From Dehalococcoidia bacterium (GTDB lineage: Bacteria > Chloroflexota > Dehalococcoidia > Plut-88900), in contig OZ240215.1 in NCBI GenBank assembly GCA_965197585.1, forward strand, positions 320,001 through 384,000: a DNA stretch of 64,000 nucleotides, given 5' to 3'. The notes under the pieces were generated by a model. It saw only the letters and a program-made list of their open reading frames with translations, was not told the DNA's origin and made no database searches. A program made the position numbers and the translations under genes. This document shows, in pieces, positions 1 through 9,608 of this stretch (position 1 is the stretch's first letter; each line of letters begins with the position of its first letter).

Positions 1-225
1 AACGGTCTGCACGAAATGGAAGGCTGATCCCCAGCCAGTGGTTGCGGCCATGGTGAGCACTCTCATCAGCTCCTCGACGGTCATGGTTACAGTGTAGGAG
101 TCGAGTGGTGAGTCTGGGTCGATCACATCAGATGGCCCTATCGATATGTCTACCTCGACGTTGTTGTCTAGTCCTGGTTCTGGGATACCCATTGTGAGAC
201 GTATAGTTGTGTTGGGCTCTAGCAT
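1..225 (-). CDS. hypothetical protein, 3' end runs off the window (MLEPNTTIRLTMGIPEPG...)
   Basis: Open frame from ATG at 225 to the window edge, with G-rich RBS (AAAGGGGGGG) just upstream; absent from the ORF track because it is truncated. Confidence 0.6.
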   Translation of the reverse strand, partial: MLEPNTTIRLTMGIPEPGLDNNVEVDISIGPSDVIDPDSPLDSYTVTMTVEELMRVLTMAATTGWGSAFHFVQTV

Positions 226-402
226 GGCCCCCCCTTTGTGGCAAGGTTTCGTCACGTTACCATTGGAGTAGTGGGTTGACAAGTGTTCGCTATTCTGTGA
301 GGTGGACCCGGAATTTCGGACAGATAGGCAAGTGAGAGGACAGCTCCTATAGGAGCGATGTCCGGCAAGCCCAAAAGAGTACTCATACCAAACTAGAGGC
401 GT

Positions 403-600
403 TCACAAAACTCTTCTCGCCCTTCCTCGCCTTCCGTCGTAGGTGTTGGCAAACACTTGGAGCCGGTCAATCTCCATGACCCATTTGTTTCCGAACTTCG
501 TGGCAGTTAGCTTGCCCTCTCGTATCAGGCGTTTCACCGTCTCTGGGTGAACATCCAGAATCTTGGAAGCCTCAATGACGTCGATGTAGTTCTCAAGCAT
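403..600 (-). CDS. excisionase-like helix-turn-helix DNA-binding protein (HTH_17/MerR-like)
   Basis: 65 aa with pattern IDVIEASKILDVHPETVKRLIREGKLTATKFGNKW. Confidence 0.85.
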   Translation of the reverse strand: MLENYIDVIEASKILDVHPETVKRLIREGKLTATKFGNKWVMEIDRLQVFANTYDGRRGRARRVL

Positions 601-734
601 CGGCCCAGCCTAGTATAATTGTTGTACTACGACATTATCATACCATGACGTGGCGACTACACATACTGGGAGCGCGACGGCGGCTCTGGCGATGGGAAGA
701 CCGTGAATAGGGCGAACGAGAGCTAGAGGCACTC

Positions 735-1316
735 ATGCCAATGTCCAAACGGCGGTTGCGACGGGAGCACCGTGCAATGCAGCGTCATCTGGCCCTGCTG
801 CGCGGGCTGATATTACTGACCGAACTTCGGCTCAGCGAGCATGATGCGGTGAAGAAGGAACTCGGCATTACGACGGTTGAGGGTAGAGAGCCGCTCCATG
901 CCCTCCGAACCTTGCTACAGACCAAGTACATGCCAGGAGACGCGAAGGCTCGAATGCTCTTCGATGAGTTTCAGGAAATTGACCTGTACGTCACCGGTCC
1001 TCTCGAACTGTACTATTGCCTGGCGCAAGCGATGGTCGAGAGGTACCGATATCTGACGGCGGATGATCCGACTCTGTGTCATCCTGACCTCGACAGCTAT
1101 CTCATCGCAAATGCACCGGCGTTCGACGCCGTGGTGAACTTGCGCGACTGGGTACTGCATCCTGGTTACTCACGCCAGTCGGATAAGGCCGTATCGATGC
1201 TCTGGGGTGAAAACGGTGAGCCCGTGGGGGATCACCCGTATACGATGGTCGCTCGCCTATTCCAGATGTTCAGCGAGTTTATGGAGAATCTCGATGAGTT
1301 CGCTCGACGAGCTTAA
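735..1316 (+). CDS. putative HEPN-like RNase domain protein
   Basis: Helical-looking protein with Rx4H motif LRDWVLHP; RBS GAGG. Confidence 0.5.
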   Translation: MPMSKRRLRREHRAMQRHLALLRGLILLTELRLSEHDAVKKELGITTVEGREPLHALRTLLQTKYMPGDAKARMLFDEFQEIDLYVTGPLELYYCLAQAMVERYRYLTADDPTLCHPDLDSYLIANAPAFDAVVNLRDWVLHPGYSRQSDKAVSMLWGENGEPVGDHPYTMVARLFQMFSEFMENLDEFARRA

Positions 1317-1902
1317 GGCCGTAAACCGGTCTTTGGACTCATTCAAGGCGTTGCGCGACGGAATAGGGTACTTGCGCTCCATTAGCGTCTGTTTTGAGCC
1401 GGATGAGGAATCTCAGTCTAGACTTTCCAGTCTAATGGCTGCACATGCCATGGCTGCTGACGGCACGTTCGACGCTGGTGAGGCTGATAAGTTGTCGCGC
1501 TCCTATTTTCGGATGATCGTGGCGTTACTTTACGGTCTCTTGTACGCCGCGCTTGAACACTATGAAGACTTAATTCAAACCAATTCCCAACTTAAGCACG
1601 AAGAGTTGGAGGCAACTCTGCATGATATGCATGAATGCGGTCTATTTGAAGCCCTGAGACGGGTGCGGAACGCTGTCTTCCACGTCAAGCCTAACGAGAG
1701 CATTGACAATCTCGTCGAAGAAGTGCGGAGGCTCTCTACTGAGCACCAGATCGTGATACGTAAGGTCGAGGACTTGCTCTACGAGAGCACGGAGCAAGTT
1801 TTCCGCGGAACAGAAATCTACCGCCAACCGCGCGAGACCTTGGAGCAGGCGTATGAAGAAGCACTTGCTTACTATCGAGAACATCTGGCCGATGAGGACT
1901 GA
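1294..1902 (+). CDS. putative HEPN-domain RNase
   Basis: Canonical RNx3H motif RRVRNAVFH; start moved to ATG 1294 (GGAG RBS), overlapping the upstream gene. Confidence 0.6.
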   Translation: MSSLDELKAVNRSLDSFKALRDGIGYLRSISVCFEPDEESQSRLSSLMAAHAMAADGTFDAGEADKLSRSYFRMIVALLYGLLYAALEHYEDLIQTNSQLKHEELEATLHDMHECGLFEALRRVRNAVFHVKPNESIDNLVEEVRRLSTEHQIVIRKVEDLLYESTEQVFRGTEIYRQPRETLEQAYEEALAYYREHLADED

Positions 1903-2078
1903 CTCGGTCAGTCATGCGACTGCAAGTGTCTGGTTCAACCCCGGCTACGGAATCTCAGAACTCTGGAAAGCCACTCAGCGAATGGCGAGTAGGCCAGACT
2001 TCGAAGAACTGATCGACTGCCCATTGACGACATCGCACGCATCCGCGAGCATGATCTATCACGAGGTCGAGGAAACCG

Positions 2079-2245
2079 ATGGCAACTCACCTGGCGACCG
2101 AGAAACACGTTACCATCCAGATCGACGGCGTGCGTGCTGGCAATCCGGGCTCTGGGCGGCTTGAAGGGGGCTGATACTCGGGGAGCATCGCCGCAGGCTC
2201 TGCGTTAGCTACCGTCGCACGACCAACAACCCCATGGTGAAGGCT
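2079..2245 (+). pseudogene. rnhA: degraded RNase HI N-terminal fragment
   Basis: KHVTIQIDGVRAGNPGSG, then after a frameshift LILGEHRRRLCVSYRRTTNNPM; these match the RNase HI motifs TDG..GNPGPGG and GY.RTTNNRMEL. Confidence 0.65.
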
Positions 2246-2444
2246 TGGTCTACGACAGCCTCTCCCCCCCAGATCGGGCAGTAACAGACCTTGGTGGTCT
2301 CATAGGGTGCTTCTGCGGGTAGGTGAACGGCAGGTATACTGATGGTTGACTCTGCGGTACAACATTGCGTCGAGAGGAGGGACGGCATTGGCATGAGACA
2401 GCACCCTTCTGTCCGCATACGGCGTTTCTGGGGGCTACGTTTAC

Positions 2445-3260
2445 ATGGCAGCGGCTAGCAGAGTGGGGCGCTATCGCACCGGCATAGCGAACCTACTTTC
2501 AAAGTTGGTAGCGGTGGTGGGTGAGTCTGAACGGCGCCTGGATGTCACTATTGAAGGAGACGAGGCTTCTGCACGAGCAGTTCTTGAAGACGATCCGACC
2601 AATGCTATTCGCATCATGTGCGGCCTGTTGCTCCGCAAATCAAGACTGCACATGATGGCAATGCTCCGTGCCAACGAAACCGGCAACGTGCATTCGCTGG
2701 CTGTTCAGATGCGTCCCGTTCTCGAGTGCGCTGGACAGGTTGTACTCATCTTCCATAATCTGATAATCGATCCGGAACGAGGTGCGAGTGTAGTCAGTGG
2801 CTACATAAACGCAGACTACTACAGAACGGTCAAGAGGCTCACGAGGGGTGACCTCAGCCACAAAGAGCTACTCACTAGGATCTCGGAGGCAAGCGGGATG
2901 TCGGAAGAGGAGTTAGTCAAGGGCAGAGGTCTTAAGCAAGCGGATAAAGTAGCACCGCTGGAGGGGGGCGAGGGCTGGTATGGATACCTGAGCGAGCGCT
3001 TCTGTCACGGGAGGGCGAACTGGAAAGGACATTCGTGGCAGGGAGGCGTCAGTACGATGAACAGGGTTCAGGACGAGTATACCTTTGCTGGTTTGATGGA
3101 CTACTTGGTGAACCAAGTAGCAGTCATGAATGCGCACGCGGCGCTGTGCCCTGTGACAGGAGAGGTGGCACAAGAGCGCGTAGAATCCGCCCTGGCTGAA
3201 TTGAGGGAGGTGCGTGCCGCGACTAAGGCGTTGCGGGACGGTGCGGGCGGGGCTGAATGA
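2445..3260 (+). CDS. DUF5677-like (HEPN-related) protein
   Basis: Motifs MRPVLE and WYGYLSERFCHG fit the R..lE and Y..LS...H pattern. Confidence 0.55.
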   Translation: MAAASRVGRYRTGIANLLSKLVAVVGESERRLDVTIEGDEASARAVLEDDPTNAIRIMCGLLLRKSRLHMMAMLRANETGNVHSLAVQMRPVLECAGQVVLIFHNLIIDPERGASVVSGYINADYYRTVKRLTRGDLSHKELLTRISEASGMSEEELVKGRGLKQADKVAPLEGGEGWYGYLSERFCHGRANWKGHSWQGGVSTMNRVQDEYTFAGLMDYLVNQVAVMNAHAALCPVTGEVAQERVESALAELREVRAATKALRDGAGGAE

Positions 3261-3290
3261 TCTCGGGAGGGAGGAAAAGGCAAGGAAGAT

Positions 3291-3845
3291 ATGACGACTA
3301 GGGAGAGCGATCAGCGCACGCGGTGCGAACGGTATCGCGACCTACTCGGTGAGCTCGCTCGTATCCACCTGGAGATTGACGAGCCGACCCGCAAGATGCA
3401 GGAAAATGAACCTGATTGGATCGGCCGCCTACGAAAGATTTGCCTTCATGTGAGGGCGATCAATGGCTGGGAAATCGGGCCCGACGTTGAGCACGTGATG
3501 GCCACAGAGATTCGGGCAGCGTACGAACAAATGGATGTCGTATGGAAGCGCTTGCCCACCACGGTCCGGCTAGACGAGATAGACGACGACTGGTGGGCCA
3601 GGGAGGCTAGCAGCGGGATGCTCGCTACGTACGATCATCCAACGCCGCAGAGCTTGATGCTTACGGCTGGGCGTGGCGGTTTCCGCAATGACGACAGCAA
3701 CATTAAACATATACAGCTTGCCTTGTGGCTAGGCCAACTCGGTCTGGGGTATGGGCTTGCTCTCGTTCACCTATCGCAGGTGCTGGGCGGCGAAGGGGAC
3801 ATCATGGCTCGCGTGACCGCCGTGGCGAGCAAGTTTGCGGGGTAA
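3291..3845 (+). CDS. hypothetical protein, possibly a degenerate DUF5677/HEPN-like protein
   Basis: 184 aa, 30 bp downstream of the previous gene; motif MLATYDHPT. Confidence 0.5.
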   Translation: MTTRESDQRTRCERYRDLLGELARIHLEIDEPTRKMQENEPDWIGRLRKICLHVRAINGWEIGPDVEHVMATEIRAAYEQMDVVWKRLPTTVRLDEIDDDWWAREASSGMLATYDHPTPQSLMLTAGRGGFRNDDSNIKHIQLALWLGQLGLGYGLALVHLSQVLGGEGDIMARVTAVASKFAG

Positions 3846-4072
3846 CCGTATTGGCGGTACGTACGGCGATTAGTGACAAGACTCCTTGCCTACTAATTCG
3901 ATCTCTAAGGGGAGCCAAGCTGAAACTACACCGAATCTGGCGCCACTATCGCTAAGGAGGCCAGAGCGGAGTCGGTTTCATGGGCATGAGTAGCGGCGAT
4001 GGTAGTTCTCGTTATGCTCGCGGAAGCCCAGCCCTTGGTCAGACTGTCAAGCTGAACCACATCTCGAAGATG

Positions 4073-4147
4073 GTTCTGTCTATCGTCAAGTTTGGTGGGC
4101 CGGGTAAGACTGAATTGCGAACTTTTCGGTGCGAGGTTTCTATCTGA
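4073..4147 (+). repeat. complete 50-bp attP-like site (4073-4122) plus integrase C-terminal tail; att copy 1
   Basis: GTTCTGTCTATCGTCAAGTTTGGT-GG-GCCGGGTAAGACTGAATTGCGAAC; left arm 18/24 identical to 63558-63581; reads VLSIVKFGGPGKTELRTFRCEVSI*. Confidence 0.8.
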
Positions 4148-4280
4148 GGACCGCCAATCCCAGCCCAACTGAGGGAGCTCCGCGTAGGTGTGGCCCCGGA
4201 GCGTGTACAGCAGGGTCCAGTCAGTCGGATCTGCAAATGACTTTCCGAACGTCGACTGCGCTTTCCGGCAGTGTGCAGAG

Positions 4281-5366
4281 CTACCGAAATTCCTCCCTGA
4301 GCATCTCAGCCGCCAGGGACTCATTCCTGAGCTTCAAGTACGCCTCGTCGAGCGGGATATCGGCAGCGCTTCCCGGCGCGAAACCGCAGTCGGGGTGCAG
4401 CAGTACCCGCTCAGGCGCGACGTATTGGACGGCCCGCCTGACGCGGGCGGCAATCTCGTCTGGCGTGTCTATGTGGCTGCTGCGGCAGTCGACGCATCCC
4501 AGACCGATATCGAAGCGTTCTGGTATGTCGCGCAATACGGCGAAGTCGCCCGCCGCCGGTATCGCAAACTCCAACATGAGAATATTGACCTTGAGACCGG
4601 CCAAGGCTTGGAGAATCGGCTCGTATCCGCCTTCGCCGACCCATCCTGCGCGACCCTTATTGCGCCGGCACAGGTGGACCGCCAACCGGACTCCGTCTAC
4701 TCCCTTGACGACGCGGTTCAGTAAGTCGACGCAGTACGCCATCTCGGCCTGCGGGTCGTCGTAGTCCGCCCGCACCTTCGGGTCCACGAACAGGCACAGG
4801 TGAGGGTCGTCAATTTGCGCCACCGCTACCCCTTCGTCGCCTAGGGCTTTGAGCTCTTGCCGAAGCACGGGCACGAGCGCCTCTGTGAAGTCACGTCGAG
4901 TGGGATACGCGGCTATTGACAGTTCGGGGTCCCACATCCGCTCACCTATCAGGTATGGCGATGGTATGGCGACCTTGACATCGCGTCCTGTATGCAGTTT
5001 GAGGAACCCTGCCTCCCTCGCTAGCAGGCCGGGGTTTGCGACTTCGATTTTCGAAGTGACGACGTGCCACGTCTGGCGCTGTCCGAGGACTTCCTTGATG
5101 GATAGATCGAACCCGCTGCAGATATCGGCTATCACCCCAACATATGACTTTCTGCGCCATTCCCCGTCGGATATGATGTCGATGCCGGCAAGCTCCTGCA
5201 TCTGCGCGACGTATGGTATGGCGGAGTCCATCATCCGCCGAAAGTCGCCCGAAGAGCCGCCCCCTTCGACCTGTGATTCAATCAGGTCTCGCACGTATCG
5301 AGGGCGCGGCATGGAGCCGATGACGGTGGTTGGGAACAGGTCTCTTTCCATTTGGCTTTCAGGCAA
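4281..5366 (-). CDS. cobalamin-independent methionine synthase II family protein (Meth_synt_2)
   Basis: TTVIGSMPRP, ISDGEWRR, QIDDP, Zn-ligand motifs HLCRRN and PDCGF. Confidence 0.9.
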   Translation of the reverse strand: MPESQMERDLFPTTVIGSMPRPRYVRDLIESQVEGGGSSGDFRRMMDSAIPYVAQMQELAGIDIISDGEWRRKSYVGVIADICSGFDLSIKEVLGQRQTWHVVTSKIEVANPGLLAREAGFLKLHTGRDVKVAIPSPYLIGERMWDPELSIAAYPTRRDFTEALVPVLRQELKALGDEGVAVAQIDDPHLCLFVDPKVRADYDDPQAEMAYCVDLLNRVVKGVDGVRLAVHLCRRNKGRAGWVGEGGYEPILQALAGLKVNILMLEFAIPAAGDFAVLRDIPERFDIGLGCVDCRSSHIDTPDEIAARVRRAVQYVAPERVLLHPDCGFAPGSAADIPLDEAYLKLRNESLAAEMLREEFR

Positions 5367-5415
5367 GATGTCGTGCGGTTTCTCTGCTCTTGGTCGGACG
5401 TGGCTCAGGAACAGG

Positions 5416-6180
5416 TTAGATCGCGAACCGCATCCAGTCGGCGGTGGCTAGATGGTAGTCCTGGATGGTGTCGACCTCATGGTAGTCACCGGGTACTGCG
5501 ACGCAGTGTACCGGAATCCCATCTCGGATCATCCGGTCGAGTAGATGAATCACATACGCCATGCGGAAGGGTCTGCCATCTGCGATGACTTGCTCATCGC
5601 CGAGTTCGGCGTGGAGTTCGTCGTAGAATTGCAGGAACTGAGAAGCGCCCTCGGCCGTCATCTTGATCACGCCCGAATACTCTCCGGATGCCTCGTGCGG
5701 CTTGATCGTCCGTGAGACCTCCACCACGCGGACGCCGTCCACGAGAATCTTCTCGGCGTCCGACTCCGGGTGCATACTCCGAAACACATACCTTTCACGC
5801 CAACGAGTGTCCATGACGAGCGTGATGTCGTGTGGCGAATCCTGAAGCGCCTTCACTGCGTCGCCGAGGTACAGCGTGTCGGTGTATGTCGCATAGAAGC
5901 CGCGAGCCATGTGTTCACGGGCACAGACCAGGGAAGCGAGGATGTTGGTCGTGGGCCAAGTGGGATTTTCCACATAGGAGAGATTTGGGTAGGCGTCCTG
6001 AACCACGTCCATGAGATACCCGCCTACGAAGACAAACCGATCCAGACCATTCTGTCGAAACGCACTTAGCGTCCAATCGAGAATTCTGGCGCCCGCTACT
6101 TCAGTAAAGCACTTTGGTTGCGACGCGGTGAAGGGCATAAGGCGTTTGCCCCGTCCGGCCCCGAGGAGGATGACGTTCAT
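5416..6180 (-). CDS. NTP transferase (LicC/phosphocholine cytidylyltransferase-like)
   Basis: ILLGAGRGKRL...PKC N-terminal motif, GEYSG, EVDTIQD. Confidence 0.85.
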   Translation of the reverse strand: MNVILLGAGRGKRLMPFTASQPKCFTEVAGARILDWTLSAFRQNGLDRFVFVGGYLMDVVQDAYPNLSYVENPTWPTTNILASLVCAREHMARGFYATYTDTLYLGDAVKALQDSPHDITLVMDTRWRERYVFRSMHPESDAEKILVDGVRVVEVSRTIKPHEASGEYSGVIKMTAEGASQFLQFYDELHAELGDEQVIADGRPFRMAYVIHLLDRMIRDGIPVHCVAVPGDYHEVDTIQDYHLATADWMRFAI

Positions 6181-6705
6181 GCCTTTGTGTCGCTCCGTAC
6201 CGCTAGTTCCCGCTCAGACTACCGAGAAATCGAGGCGGGCGCAAATCGGACCGTCACGGGGTCGAGCGTCCGCTTCTCAGACGGGCTGATGCCGAAGGAC
6301 GGCGCAGCCTGCACCGTCCGCTCAGGACGGGGTAGCGATGCCCGCTTTCGACTCGTCGACTCCGTGCGTGGCGCTCCGTCGGGGCTGCCTTGAGAGCTCA
6401 CGGTCTCCAGCGAGCGGTACGAGAGTTCGAACACCCACGTCGGTTCACACCAGAGGCGAAGGTCCCTGCTTGCGAGCGGGCCCTGGACTCCACGGCGACA
6501 GAGCGGTCGCTGAGATTCCGTTCAACGCAGAACCTCCCCGTCCGAACAGCTCCCAGACGCTGGAGGTGAGGATCAGAACGGTGTCAGGACGACGCCTGTA
6601 GTCATACTCCGCTATGGGCTCTCAGCCGGTTCGTAGAGTGACCGGCGCCGTCGGGCCAGACCTTGGCGGACCACGCCGAACCTGCGACCGTCGTGGAGGG
6701 GTGAT

Positions 6706-6759
6706 GGTGGGCCTAAGAAGACTGAATTGCGAATTTTTCGGTGGGAGGTCCTCATATAA
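6706..6759 (+). repeat. attP right-arm / integrase tail; att copy 2
   Basis: 42/54 identical to 4094-4147; reads GGPKKTELRIFRWEVLI*. Confidence 0.8.
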
Positions 6760-6854
6760 GAGTCGGTCAGCCGACTCCAGATAAGTCCCCACGAGCCTCT
6801 GCTGGCGCAGGGCTGGACCGCGACTGCAGTGGGTGAGGCCCTGAGCAAGCATGC

Positions 6855-9323
6855 TCATCCCGTTGGCTGGTGGGCCACTGATTCGTTGAGGTCAGCGTTC
6901 CGGTCAACGCGCCACTTAATGTTTTCTATTTCGTAAGACAACATCGAACTCATAGGTAACCAATTGAAACCGTCTGAGGCGCTCTCCAAGTTGACCCATT
7001 GTGAATCTAAGTACTGGCGGAATGCTTCCGCCCTCGCCAATCGGTCATTTATATAGGCCACATCCGAAATTTTATCCCGCCATTCCCTTGCAACGATAGG
7101 TGTGTCTACCACTACCGCGTCAACATAAGTAAATTTGCCAATAAGTTTTTGGTAGTAATAGGAGCCTATTGTAGTGATCCTGTAGCGGCGCGGTTGAAAG
7201 TCGAACCGTTCCCCGACAACGTCCTTGGTTTCTGTTTCTACCAATTTCTGAGCGAGCAATTTTTCTAGTACGCCTGCTATTTGGATAGGTTGAAAACCGA
7301 GGGATTGGGCATACGCGTAGATCTCCTCAGCGTCGACGTATCCGCTGTTAGCCGGTGGCCTTGCTTCCGATCCGATGAACGCCAAAGCGATCGGTCCCAA
7401 GAAATGTTCCCTACCGTCCGGAGACCGTATGTCGAACAAATTCGCGATTTCGGATGCCCTTGGATCGTAATCTCGTTGATCACCATAGATCACTGCCCGC
7501 AAAAATTCATGCAAGGGTACTGTGTACGAGCCAGAATCGCGGTAAATTTCCAATATCTTACCCGTGTCGACGTTTCCACTGCCCACAAACACCCGGATGA
7601 AATCTAACGCCAGCCGGATGTTGCCTCCGCAAACGTTATCTACGAATTCGATCAATTCGACATTCTTGTCAAATGACAATTTAGTAACGCTCAGAAAATC
7701 CGATAAATCGTCGAGATTGACCGACATGCCCACGCCTTCAATCGATTGTCCGATCTGTCCAAGTGCCAAGAGATTGATTGCATATTGCAATCTTTTCTGT
7801 ATCACTCTATCGACCCTAGGTGGACTAATCGTAAACGCTTTGACATGGTACGCACTCAACGCCCCTCCAGCTTTTGATTTGTGAAAGGTTTCGGGGCGCA
7901 AAGAAACAAACACCATGGCTGGCCAAAGTTCGGCCATACTTTGACCGATCAAAAACGCTTTCTGCTGAAAATCGTCAGTGCGTTGGTCGACGTTGTCCAG
8001 AAATATCACGATCTGCTGTTTTCGCCCTTTGTGGATGTGTTCCAGGCACCGCTTAAGGTGTTCCTGCGTGTTGCTTATCTTGGATTCTAGAAGCGCAATT
8101 CTTTTCAGCTCGTATTCTGGTCGATTCAACTCGCGAAGGGACCCGTAGATGCCTTTATCAAACGATTGTAGATCGACGTTGTAGACGCCATGGACAAAAT
8201 TGCGGTCAGTAATGTCGATGGAGTACAACTCGTCTAACTGCCGCGAAATTTCTTCTTGGAGATAATGGTCTAACTCCGCTTCTAACGTTGGTTTGACACC
8301 CAAGTCTAGATACAGAATGATTGCGTCTTTGAGTATGTCCGCGGCCTCCACGTTGATGAAGTAGCGAACGAACATGGTCTTACCGACACCAACGTCACCG
8401 ATCAGTAATACAGGCCGACGAGTGGCACTCTGGGCCAACATCTCTGCAGTAATGACGGACTTCCCGCCTTTCTCTGTCGCCGGAGACAGCGATGGACCAG
8501 ATAAAGACTCTTGGAATGCTACAGAATATCTGGTTTGGAGAATGGATTTGCTGATCAGTGCGTATTGCGAAAGGGCACCGCTGTCGGCATAACAAGCGGT
8601 CAAAAACTCTTTCTCGTTCGGTGGAAGTTTACCCACGTCTTCGATGATCAGATCGCCAAAAATCTGTAGGTTTGATTGAAGTTCGTTGCGGACCTGATGT
8701 CTGGGGTAGTTATGTACTCGAACTGATAGCTTGTCCGGCGGAGGTCGATCGCCAGTGTTCTGGAGACGTGAGGCTAAGCCTCTAGCGGATACACCGTGAT
8801 GAGACAAGCAATCCCACAAGTCTCGGAATCCGTCGCGCATGTGGACCAGAGACGGTAACACCAAAGCTTGGCCTTTCATTGGTGCGATGCTGTCGGTGCG
8901 GCTCGCCAAGAACCCAACTATTTGATGACCATTGCAAACTGCACCGAAAGGAACTCCCCTTGTTTGACAATATGCCATCGCTTGCTCGACAGCTTTGAAT
9001 ACGTCGGGCGCTTCTCTCCGGAATCTTTCGAGCGGGTAGAAAAGGCCGTCAAACCCGGCAGGGATCGAAAAGTATACGTCCTCTTTCTTGGCTTCAACGA
9101 TAAGGGTTACGGAAGGTTTTCCGAGAGAGTAATCGGTATATGTGCCTTCGTGATTGTCCTCATTGGCGCAGTCCCATTTGTCCCACCCGAGGCACTCAAA
9201 CAGTAAGCGATCAATAAACTGAAGCCTCGTCGTCGCCTCATTCCTGTACGCTTCGTCAACCTCGGCAACTTCTGTAATGAGGTTGTCGAGGTTTTTTAGT
9301 GATTCCAAGTAATCAACTGCCAT
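6855..9323 (-). CDS. HsdR_N-like PD-(D/E)xK nuclease fused to a P-loop ATPase; candidate defence protein
   Basis: NEATTR..IDRLL..LGW, TDY..IVEAKK at the N-terminus; Walker A GDVGVGKT, Walker B IFLDNVD; visibly more AT-rich than the flanks. Confidence 0.75.
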   Translation of the reverse strand: MAVDYLESLKNLDNLITEVAEVDEAYRNEATTRLQFIDRLLFECLGWDKWDCANEDNHEGTYTDYSLGKPSVTLIVEAKKEDVYFSIPAGFDGLFYPLERFRREAPDVFKAVEQAMAYCQTRGVPFGAVCNGHQIVGFLASRTDSIAPMKGQALVLPSLVHMRDGFRDLWDCLSHHGVSARGLASRLQNTGDRPPPDKLSVRVHNYPRHQVRNELQSNLQIFGDLIIEDVGKLPPNEKEFLTACYADSGALSQYALISKSILQTRYSVAFQESLSGPSLSPATEKGGKSVITAEMLAQSATRRPVLLIGDVGVGKTMFVRYFINVEAADILKDAIILYLDLGVKPTLEAELDHYLQEEISRQLDELYSIDITDRNFVHGVYNVDLQSFDKGIYGSLRELNRPEYELKRIALLESKISNTQEHLKRCLEHIHKGRKQQIVIFLDNVDQRTDDFQQKAFLIGQSMAELWPAMVFVSLRPETFHKSKAGGALSAYHVKAFTISPPRVDRVIQKRLQYAINLLALGQIGQSIEGVGMSVNLDDLSDFLSVTKLSFDKNVELIEFVDNVCGGNIRLALDFIRVFVGSGNVDTGKILEIYRDSGSYTVPLHEFLRAVIYGDQRDYDPRASEIANLFDIRSPDGREHFLGPIALAFIGSEARPPANSGYVDAEEIYAYAQSLGFQPIQIAGVLEKLLAQKLVETETKDVVGERFDFQPRRYRITTIGSYYYQKLIGKFTYVDAVVVDTPIVAREWRDKISDVAYINDRLARAEAFRQYLDSQWVNLESASDGFNWLPMSSMLSYEIENIKWRVDRNADLNESVAHQPTG

Positions 9324-9608
9324 TGTTGGCCCCTCGATTTGTAGGTTCTACGCCGCTCCCGCGAGCCAAACCCTTAGAATATGCTGCCCAGAGGTAAGGC
9401 ACAATCCACGATACATCGCACGCGCATCTAGGTCAACGAAACTGATTGTACCGGCCTCTTCCCGGCTTTGATCGCTATTCCAATTCCAAGCTGAACGGCG
9501 AATCGAACGGTGACGCGGTAGCGGCTGCTGCCCAAGGCAGACCATTGGCTTCATTGGAACATCGGATATCAACTCTGCCCAATAGAACAGAGACTTCGCG
9601 GTCGGCGG

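Noticed and set aside
2272-2320. TTGGTGG core resembling another att site
   Set aside because: Neither arm matches the att consensus.
4281-5366. Calling the gene metE
   Set aside because: Single-barrel 361-aa Meth_synt_2 protein; many such proteins are not methionine synthases.
6200-6610. Possible decayed gene on the + strand
   Set aside because: Broken frames with no recognisable family motif.
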